A stretch of 64,000 bases of DNA from Bigelowiella natans CCMP2755 (lineage: Eukaryota; Protista; Cercozoa), in contig ADNK01002770.1 in assembly GCA_000320545.1 (NCBI GenBank), positions 5,508 to 69,507 on the forward strand. The letters run 5' to 3'. The position numbers and the translations under genes were made by a program. The notes beneath the pieces were generated by a model. The model saw nothing but the letters and a program-made list of their open reading frames with translations. It did no database searches and was not told the origin of the DNA. This document shows, piece by piece, positions 42,701 through 53,300 of the stretch (the first letter of the stretch is position 1; each line of letters begins with the position of its first letter).

Positions 42701-44593
42701 CATCATCTCGACCAGCAACACAACTAATGACACCGTTGCCGCGCTTTCCACATGAAAGCGTCCTCCTTCCCGCCGCGCTCCGCTTTTGGAGAGCTCCGTT
42801 TTAAAGCCGCGAAACGCGCATTTGTTTGGAAGTTTAAAGTTGCTGCGCGCGGTTCTTATTGCTTCCCCATCACAATTTGTGTGTATGAACAGGTCGAGTC
42901 CCAGGCGGCGATACGCCCCGTTCCTGTCCGCGCTAATATTGATCGTACACTCGACTATCGATGCCTTAACATAGCAGACGCTTTCAGGCGTTTCAAAAGT
43001 TGGATCGAGAGCACAGAGACTATGGAGGACTTAGGTTATCTTGGGTACAGATTCCAGGCTGTGGAGAAGTATGTTTCAGCTCGTTTCCATCCAGAGCTGA
43101 TGCAGCTCGACGCTCGCACGCACACGTTTTACGAGGGGACACTGCCCCTGTTCCAGATTCGCATATGTTTCTTTCTCGTGGTCAAGTTTTGGGGTCGGTG
43201 CTCGAATAAAGTCGATAGCCAGATTGCTGGAAATTTTGGGAGTCCGTTAGTTGTAATTTTAGATGACTTGCGTGGGGTATGCCGCGCGTGCGCGTTGTTT
43301 GCACGCTCTGACACTTTCCTTTTTTTTTAATGCTCCGTTCGGTAGCGGTTGCCGCGGTTTTATTGCCCTCATACCCGATTTTGGTTCCCATGTTGCGCTT
43401 TCCAGGGGGCTTCGATCCAGTCATCCAGCTGATTCCGTACATCTATCCTACCCTCAAGACGATGCCATCGCGCACCGCTGTAGTCGAGGGGGAGATGGGG
43501 GGAGTTGGGAGCCCCTACGAGCGCGTTGCCTCTGAAATGGCGTTAGGTCAGAGCAGCAGAGGACAAGAGCATCTCCGGCGGAGTACGTTGAAATCCTTCG
43601 AGACCTCGACTGCACAGCAGACGAACTCCTCGATTCAGATACCGCGGCAGCATTCATCGTCTCTCTCTGCCCAATCGGATATGGCGCAACGAGGTTGCAG
43701 GAAGGCTCGAAAGAGAAGGGTAAACAGCGGCACATTCATTGAAAACTTTCCTCCACTTAACCCTCGAGATAAGGAGAGAGAAGGAGCGAACGCCACATTG
43801 CTTTTGATCTCATTCCCCTTCTTTAAAAAGCGGCAGATCTTTCCTCACTCTCACCACACGTTCTTTATAGAATCTTCCTCCTGCTTTCATCGTCCCACTT
43901 CTGCTCACGAGCTAGCTTGCGAATTCTCACCCATCGAAAAGCGCGTAATACTGTCTTCCTACCACAGGCGGCGAGATCTGCCTCAACGTACACAAATACA
44001 AAAGATCATGATCTTGAGGGTAGCAACGCGGCATCATCCTCTACATCCTCGGCCTCCAGGAGCAATTCCTCCATGAGCCGAGCGGTGTCATCAAGCCTCG
44101 CGCCTCCTTCTGCAGGACCGAGGGACCTTAGAGTGCGGAGGAAGGATGCTTTTTTTCTTGAGGAGAAGTACGCTCATGTCATATTCAGCGCGTTTGTTGT
44201 CCGCCTCGAGCTGCACCCTCTCGATTACTTTCAGCCCCCAATGGTTATTGTAGCTGCTTTTGCTGCCTCGTCAGCCCTTCTGCTTGTTTGCTACTTCGTC
44301 GGAGCAAACATCGTGTGGTGGATTGGATATTACGTTCGCGAGTGCTTCCTCAATGACCTGAGGTAGGATTCGAGGGCAATTTGGACATATAGCAGTGAAT
44401 GCGGGTTTCTTCCTCGGTCTTGGTGTTTCTCTGATAGGTTGGGGAGAGATAGTAGTCGCGTCGATGAGTTTCAAAATGATACTTATCATTGCTCTTGCGT
44501 TGCGACGAAAGATTGGTGTGCCTAAGGCCCAAATAACACCACCCGTAGCTTTATGATCAGTCGTAAATTTATTTAGTATTATAGTATTGTAAA

Positions 44594-44672
<79 letters not shown>

Positions 44673-47051
44673 GAGTATATAATCAACATTGTAACAAACA
44701 GGATGGAATCGTCATTTCGCTACTTCCCATCTGCCGAGAGGTACCGGCTGAAAGAGGCAGGGGACTCGCTTGCCTTCCACAGTTTCGGGTGGCTGTTTTG
44801 GTGGTTGGATTCGTTCCACGGAGTTCCTTTCACGATGGTGTCGGATATCATAGTCGCTCAGTCCTTCATGTTACCGCTGCTACCTTCCCTCGCCGCGCTC
44901 TTGCCCATCCTCTCGTTCTACTTCAAGTACCGTGCCGACCTGCTCGCTCTCCGGAAGGGGAAGTTCCCGGGCGGGCTTGAGGAGCTTATGAAAAGCTACA
45001 CGCCAACCTCGGTGCCTCGCATCATCACCGTCGCCATGTTCAACGTCCTCGTCTGGTTTTGGATCGCTTTCTGGCTGATAGTCGTCTTCATCGTCGCCTC
45101 CGCGATAGTGTACTTCGTGAAGCCGCTGAACGCGGCCTTTCGGGAGGTGTTCTCCACGACTGTCATCCTCTACTCCACGCTGATTGCATTCCACGTCCTG
45201 CTTTGGATGCTGGGGGAGCTGCTGTTTTACCAGCGGGTCTCGAAGGGGTTCATCACGCAAAACTTCTCTTTCGGGCTGCTCGCCTATGCGACCTTCACGG
45301 TGTGGTGGTCCTTCGCTGCAGAGATCATGATCTTGAAAATCCTTGCGACGGCAATCACTGCGTGCCTCACGATCTTCAGCCCCAACAGGCCGGCGTCCTA
45401 TTTGAGAGTGCTGCGTTACATGGATATGGGGTACTATGCTTATCACTCGGCGTTGATCCACGATCATACGCACAACAACCCGCACGTTATTGTCTTCGCG
45501 TCCATCGTAGCTAATATCGTGGCAAAGAACAGGCTCCGTCTGAAGGCGTTCGTGGCGGACGAGGTCGGTTCGTCGTAGGGATGGGCAGAAAAGAAGTGCG
45601 GGAGGGGGGGGAGGGCGGCATGAAACAAAGAGTTGAGCACAAATGTTTTCAGTCTACTCTGTTTGATTTGCATTGAGCATTGAGCATCGAGTTCCACCCC
45701 TTACAAAAATCGAACTTGTTTTTACTAGAGCTGGCTTGGTAACAATGTGATATCTGCACCCCATATATGTGACCTTCAGATGAAGCAGTCCACAAAGCTG
45801 GCCTTGCTGCGGTGCCAGCACCAGGCGGATGAGAGCCGGCAGGGCGTGAAGAAAATAAACATGTTTAATACAAAGAAGATGAAGCGGAGGAATACTATTG
45901 CCTATAATGTCATCACGAAGCTCAGGGGAACCGATTCAAAACGTATTTTTAACACAAAAGCCAACTCCCGATTATTGCATTCATCACCCATAGTATATTG
46001 TAACATAAATACACACACATATATATTATATTATAATTATAGATACCATTATGATATCCCACGATATTTATATCAAGGGTCGCGCTTGTTCCTGGCCAGG
46101 CTGAAGCACAAGAGAACGAAGTTTCGATGGCACTGGATAGTTTTACTATCACGCCATCGGCATGTACTGCATGCTAGGAGGGACTACATAGTTCAAAGGT
46201 TTTTAAGCTAATCGTCGCTCGGATGTGTGTGTGTGTGCGTGTGTGTGTGTTTGTGCGAAAATGTGTGTGCATCTGCGCGCTTGCGTACCTTCCCCCCACT
46301 CGCACATCGGCGTGTTTTCAAAACGAACATGCACTTCTAAGAAACATGTGCGGGTGTTGGCTCAAGTTGTTATGGGGCTAGCGCAGTCAGTGAGTGTGTT
46401 TCACCACTAGCGGGAGAAATAAGCAATTACACTCGATTTTCCTAACTGGCAGGCGTCGCCGTGTGATCGACGCGATTCGAATGAATCGCCACAACCAGCC
46501 CCAGGAAATATCGGTATCTTCCAAGGCCCTGACAGAAGAGGACCTCGTGGAGATCGCCGCGGCCGTGCAAGGCAACGATTTCCTCAAGAAGATTGATCTT
46601 TCGAAGAATCCGCTCGGTCCCTCAAGCGCCTACGTAATCGCGCAGATCGTCATTAACAGTGACTTGCTCGAGCTGAACCTGGATTGGACGGATCTAGGGG
46701 ATGAAGGGATCGACCACCTATGCTCGGCTCTCCGCAATTCCGGCCATCGCTTGTTTCTCAAGAAGCTCAGCGTTGCCGGGAATAGGTGAGAGCGCCCTTT
46801 CGTCTCCAGATAACGAGCGATGATGCCTCGGTCTATTATCCGACTCATTCTACTGTGTTGCTTTTAGAATCACGGATCGTGGAGCTCGGTCGCTGTTGTC
46901 CCTCATCAAGAGCACTCCTAGTTTGGTGGAGGTTCGCATCGACACTAAGAGCATGTTCCAGCCGTGTGTAGGTAGCACGGTTATTGCATGCGAAGGCCGG
47001 ACCTCGAAATGGCATATAGCCCAGGTCTTTCGGGAGTGCTTGCGTTGTGTT

Positions 47052-47107
<56 letters not shown>

Positions 47108-49165
47108 CAAGCAAGCGAGAGAGGGGGGCCAAAAAAAATTTCCTAAATACTTTTCGAGAATTGGAACTGAATCCACGTGTTTATCATTGCTATCTGTCAT
47201 AGCCATTGTTGCAGTGCCGTGAACAACTTTCTCAGCCTTCTTAGATAGGATGAGAAGGCTGCGCGTTTCTTCTTGTGTTCTAAGCTTCATCACTCCACAC
47301 AACACAACGTCAGGTTGTATCAGTTGACTGTGCCAGGAAAACCATCTCCGTATTCGCGCGCGACGGCGACGGCAACGTCGACGAGGATTCGAAACGGCTC
47401 TTTTCCACAAGTGTCTTTGACAACCACTACAACTTCGTTCGCAAGGGTCTCAAGGTCAAGATCGAAGCGTCGCTTGCCTCAAACCAGAAGGCCGGGGAGG
47501 GTGAGGAGGGAGCTGCGGACAAGTCGCTAAGAAATCGCCGATTCGGCGTCGGCCTGAAGCCCGAAACAGCTTTTCTGTTTGTTCCTGTGATGCTGGGGGA
47601 AGGCCGCAATCACGAGGGGCTACTTGGAAAGGAGGATGGCAGCGAACGTAGGACTAAAAGCCGGAAAAGGCCTGTTTGCTTCGGCATCTACCATGGGAGT
47701 AAGGTGCTCTCGGTTTTGTCGAAATCGGAGGGGACTGTTGGCTTTGCGCCGCCGGTTTTCGCGAAGGAGGGTCGGACACCAGAACATAAAACGAGACGCC
47801 TGCATGGTGGAAGAAAGCACGAGCTTAGAGGACTGGAAGAGGGGCATGGAGAGTTCAGCGACGTCGTCAACGTTTATGACAAAAAAGAGGAAGGAGCGAA
47901 AGGGCGAGGTGTAGAAAGGGTCTTGCCCAGCGCTCTAAGTCAACGGAGGCGGATTGGAAAGCTCCAGTCACATCAGCTTTGGTAGATTTTATGTGCCATT
48001 CGTGCTGCGTAGAAACTCACGAAACCCCGATATATGATAATTGTGAATCCAAGCAGGACGCAGCAGAGTGCGCCTGACCAAAACTGAAACTGACGATGCC
48101 TCTGAACTTGCGTTTCCTAGTCCTAAAATATGCGCTATTATGTAACTATTTCGATGCGCCTTATTATTATCTAGAATATGTAGCATTAGCCGCTGCTTCT
48201 AAATACCTCTGTGCGCACAATTATGTGTTTATGTATTTGTGTATTTGCGTGAAAATATTTGTGCGATGTCCTTTCTTCTTAGGTGCATTTCTTCCCGCAC
48301 GGAACGCGGCCGTGGTGTGGAGCAGCGATACGCGAGCTACTTGTCATCGCTGGAGAAAGTCACGTTCCGAGCTACTGTTTCGCTGCGATCTGCTCAGACG
48401 AAGAAGTATCTGACCCCAATCTTCAAGGACGGGAGTATTCGAGCTTCGTCGAAGCCGCAAGGTTACATGCAGGAGATAACTCTCATTCGAGGAGGTTCCT
48501 CACCGACCGAGTCTCTGTTCCATATGGTGGGCTCTTACGGAGCTCCTTTCGAGGTCTGCCCAGATACGTCGTGCCTCACAGCGAAGAGGAAGTCGTGGAG
48601 AGTGGTAAGCTGTGTGATAGCACTTCGAATTTTTGCTCCCTTTTTGTCCTTGGGGACTTAGGCTTGCCGCGAAATATGCCGTGATGTGTTCTTTTACACG
48701 TGTGATGGTGTAATCATTAAATCTATTTGTGAGCAATGTTTGCCCACTTGTCTCCGGCACCCACAATGTGTGTGTGTGTGTGTGTGTAAAGAATGTTGTG
48801 GCATCTAGAGATATAGGGTTTTGGGCAAGCGAAACGCTTGCATGCGGTTGGTAGCTTCTTGAATAAACGCCACGTCTCATAAAAGCGATTCGAGCAATAG
48901 AAATTCTTAGCATTGGAGCTAGACTCTCTATTCACCTCACGCCTTCATTCAATACCTCGATCATCCCATTAGAAGGACATCTATAAACCGGGATTCCACA
49001 AAAGGGCTGCTCACGCAAGGACACTCGCCAAAAATTCTAAGAAGAGGTGGGACTTCGGCAGCCGATTCGACAGAACGCCACGAGTCGCGAACAAAGCCGA
49101 GGATAGAAAAAAGGAAGCATCTTCGCAGGGCGACAACAAAACTGATGTCTCGAAAGTTAAATTGA
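36758..49165 (+). CDS. Giant STRA6/RBP-receptor-like polytopic membrane protein with Cys/Ser/Thr-rich ectodomain, RNI-type LRRs and a possible fascin-like C-terminal region
   Basis: Exons chain mostly in phase through ORFs 37116-38261, 38388-39338, 39547-40197, 40335-40769, 40973-41341, 41431-42699, 42752-43330, 43917-44366, 44637-45578, 46394-46789, ~47313-47985 and 48239-48661. The STRA6-family signature MDMGYYAYHSALIHDHTHNNPHVIVF (~45420-45500) is followed by RTKFRWHWIVLLSRHRHVLHARR (~46112-46180). LRRs: LKKIDLSKNPLG, LLELNLDWTDLGDEG, LKKLSVAGNR|ITDRGA. Confidence 0.75.
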
Positions 49166-49299
49166 TGGGGCGATGAAGCGAATGAGAGCGGGGGACTCCA
49201 ACACTGCACGGCGCAAATCAAGTTGCACATTAATGGATAAGAGCCAAACCGTTTTGGTGAATTGCGAAAACCACGGAAATTGCATGTCATTGGCATCAG

Positions 49300-50340
49300 T
49301 GCATAGCAGTACATGGCAGACAGCAGTGGAAAACAACACGTCGTTTGCATTTTTTATCCTGCTAGTCTACAGTGCACATGCAATATGCATGTGGTTGGGC
49401 AGCGATGACAACACTAGATAGAATGCTAAGCGTAGCAATGCCTGTGTGATGCCATGCTAACTATGCCCTGCCATGTAATGTCTAGATGACGTGCTAATTA
49501 ACTTTGCATGCTAGGAAACATGAACTAATGAACATGCTAGCATTGTGATGATTGCTGTGCAACATGTCAACAACGGACATAGCAACATGCACGCATCTAA
49601 ACATTGCACACACCACATTGCGTTGTCCACAATTTAGAAACCACAACCCTGAAAAGACACTATCTTGGGATTGCCTGAATCAATATCTAGTGACGTTTCC
49701 TGCGCGCTCACTGTCACACTGCCACCACAATGTCGCAATTGAGTTCATTGCGCAAAAACGTGGGTGCGCACAAACGAATGCTGCATGGGTACAGACGTGT
49801 GACAATGTCAAAAAAAACATAGATAATGCAACGGCGAACATTTTGAAAAAATGTTTGCATCACAATGCCAAACACTGGCAAACCATTGTTTGATTTGTTG
49901 TTCTCCATCATGATGCTGCGCGAGCGCTTGAAAACAAGGATTTGATTAAAACAAACAATGTTTGTTCAAATGCATTTGCAAATGTGCTTGTTTTCAAGTG
50001 TTTGTGCCAAGCTCTAATCATGGACCGCAACGAAGAAACGAAACGTCACACATGTGCAGAAAAAAGAGTCCGCACCGCTGCGTGCAAAGTGCACCATGTG
50101 CATGGCCGACCAAATTGCAATGCGCTTTCATGTGCATCATGTGACACAAGAACCAACCGGTTCCAACCTGAGCGCTATGACCCCTGCTCTGCACAGCTAC
50201 ATTAGGCTGACCATTGGAAAAAACAACATTTTGTTGCATCCGTCTCAAAATCTAGAAATGCTATGGCACCTACACATGCAAAGGGCGAGAGCCTGCAATT
50301 GGCTCGCTCCCCAAGTGCACAACGATCATGGGAAAAACTG
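49300..50340 (+). pseudogene. Degraded intronless ORF relic preceded by CATG/CTAG-rich DNA, between convergent genes
   Basis: ORFs 49552-49893, 49942-50205 and 50263-50445 share one frame, interrupted by single stops. They are Cys/His-rich, Tyr-poor and visibly TpA-depleted. Confidence 0.5.
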
Positions 50341-50370
50341 TTGGAATTGCTTCAGTTGCTCATGGCTCTT

Positions 50371-53300
50371 TCACACCTTTCTCTTCCTACCTTTTCGCTT
50401 GTGTTTCTTTTCCCGTGCGTTTTTGTCAGTTCCTGTGACCTTTGACAGGAATGAAATGATCTTGTGAACTTCGTCAACGTTGTAGAATTCGCCAAAGATC
50501 ATGTTACAAGCCACCATGGAGCTCAACAACTTTTTGAAAATGTCGCACGCCTCCGGTAAGTTCCCCAACTTAGAGTAAATTTTAGCGATTCTTTCGTACA
50601 AAAAGACAACACCTGGATGGGGTTTCGTCGTGCCGTACACCGCCAACAGCATATTCAGGGCCTTTTTGTATTCTTTGAGCGCCTCCGGGTACTTGCCCAT
50701 GCTGTCATACACTCCCCCAATGTTGCTGTAGCTACTAGCCACATCTGGACGGGGTTTCGTCGTGCCGTACACCGCCAACAGCATATTCAGGGCCTTTTTG
50801 TATTCTTTGAGCGCCTCCGGGTACTTGACCATGCTGTCATACACTCCCCCAATGTTGTTGTAGCTACTAGCCACATGTGGATGGGGTTTCGTCGTGCCGT
50901 ACACCGCCAACAGCATATTCAGGGCCTTTTTGTATTCTTTGAGCGCCTCCGGGTACTTGCCCATGCTTTTATACACTCCCCCAATGTTGCTGTAGTTACT
51001 AGCCACATCTGGATGGGGTTTCGTCGTGCCGTACACCGCCAACTGCATATTCAGGGCCTTTTTGTATTCTTTGAGCGCCTCCGGGTATTTGCCCATGCTG
51101 TCATACACTCCCCCAATGTTGCTGTAGCTACTAGCCACATGTGGACGGGGTTTCGTCGTGCCGTACACCGCCAACTGCATATTCAGGACCTTTTTGTATT
51201 CTTTGAGCGCCTCCGGGTATTTGCCCATGCTGTCATACACTCCCCCAATGTTGCTGTAGCTAGTAGCCACATGTGGACGGGGTTTCGTCGTGCCGTACAC
51301 CGCCAACTGCATATTCAGGACCTTTTTGTATTCTTTGAGCGCCTCCGGGTATTTGCCCATGCTGTCATACACTCCCCCAATGTTGCTGTAGCTACTAGCC
51401 ACATCTGGACGGGGTTTCGTCGTGCCGTACACCGCCAACTGCATATTCATGGCCTTTTTGTATTCTTTGAGCGCCTCCGGGTACTTGCCCATCCTGTTAT
51501 ACACTACCCCAATGTTGCTGTAGCTAGTAGCCACATGTGGATGGGGTTTTGTCGTGCCGTACACCGCCAACCGCATATTCAGGGCCTTTTTGTGTTCTTT
51601 GAGCGCCTCCGGGTACTTGCCCATGCTTTTATACACTACCCCAATGTTGCTGTAGCTAGTAGCCACATGTGGATGGGGTTTCGTCGTGCCGTACACCGCC
51701 AACCACATATTCAGGGCCTTTTTGCATTCTTTGAGCGCCTCCGGGTACTTGCCCATGCTGTCATACACTCCCCCAATGTTGTTGTAGCTACTAGCCACAT
51801 GTGGATGGGGTTTCGTCGTGCCGTACACCGCCAACCGCATATTCAGGGCCTTTTTGTGTTCTTTGAGCGCCTCCGGGTACTTGCCCATGCTTTTATACAC
51901 TCCCCCAATGTTGTTGTAGCTACTAGCCACATCTGGATGGGGTTTCGTCGTGCCGAACACCGCCAACTGCATATTCAGGGCCTTTTTGTATTCTTTGAGC
52001 GCCTCCGGGTATTTGCCCATGCTGTCATACACTCCCCCAATGTTGCTGTAGCAAGTCGCTATGACAGCCCTCTTATCTGATTTGGTCAATGGTTTATTTT
52101 TCGCGAAATTTGCAGATCCCTGGAACCAACTCAACGCTTTTTCATAAAGACATGCCACTTTACAAGCTTGTCCGATTGCCTGTGGCAATTCCCAACTGTG
52201 TTCTTCTTCTGAGGTATGAGTCATGAGTTGCCTCCCGTGCTGGAATACTGCAGCCCATTCTTCCTGGTTGTTATGCGAGTCACCAAAGTCACCTCCGTAG
52301 ATAATCAGATTGTTGACCAGGTTTTTAAGGTTGGGTCGTGGCTGCAGGTACCTGACTATCTGTTGCGTGACAGCATGCATGCTTACATGTTTGGTTTTCC
52401 GACTCCATAGTATTAAAGAATACTGCTCTAGAAGGGCCAATGCTTTGCGGACTACTGTGTCCGTATTAGTCTCACTGCTAGAGAAATCCTGCTTGCCTTT
52501 CTTTTCATCCTCCTGGCAATTATCAATTTGATCCGACGCATCGTCCAATCTGAAAACCAATTCCAATGGTATGTTTTTTGGGTCCAGGTATGCCAGCCAA
52601 TTTAATAACGCGAGTGCGCGTTTGCCGTGAACGTACGGAACGTGAGCGTGTTTCCCAGCATGATGGGCATGCTTCTGCCCGATCACGTCCAAGCAATTGC
52701 GAACCACTTCGACGATGCTCTTCGGGTACTCGATCATCGGTTTAGGGCTTTCGTCCAGAAACTCATCGAGAGATCGTCTTCTCCTGCGCAATTGCTCAAT
52801 GCAGACTGCCACTTCATAATCCATTTCCCTGCAGTAACTGAAGAACTGTGCTAGAACAACGGGGTAACCTGAAAACTCAGTTTTTAGATGCTCCATGCAC
52901 TTCTTCGTGTCATCTTTGGGACTCGGTATCGACAGATTGAATTTGCCGGCAAGCTGCACGAGGTCTTCATCTACAAACCCGTTGATTGACCATCGTTTGA
53001 CCTCCAAACTCCAATCAGTAGTTTTGCTGTTTCTAGACGTAAGGATTACATGACCTTGCGTCCGAGGTAGGAATTTAGCCACTGCCCTGCTATCAGAAAC
53101 ATCGTCGAATACCAACAGGCAACTTTCAGTCTCGATTCGTTCCCTGATGCTTTGGATGGCTAATTTGATGTCCTTTTTGTCAACGAACAGGTCAGGGATT
53201 TTCTCAGCGATGCGCAAATAGTCGATCTGGAGCTGTTCGGGTGTTTGGCAATTCAACCAGTACGCGCGGGGGTACTGACCGGTTTCAATGAGGGTGTTGA

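Noticed and set aside
50612-52063. Regular direct repeats suggestive of a CRISPR array
   Set aside because: Contiguous 132-bp coding units with no unique spacers and no cas genes, in eukaryotic context.
50617-52080. 487-aa repetitive ORF on the + strand
   Set aside because: Antisense shadow of the TPR array, open only because the repeat unit has no stop in that frame.
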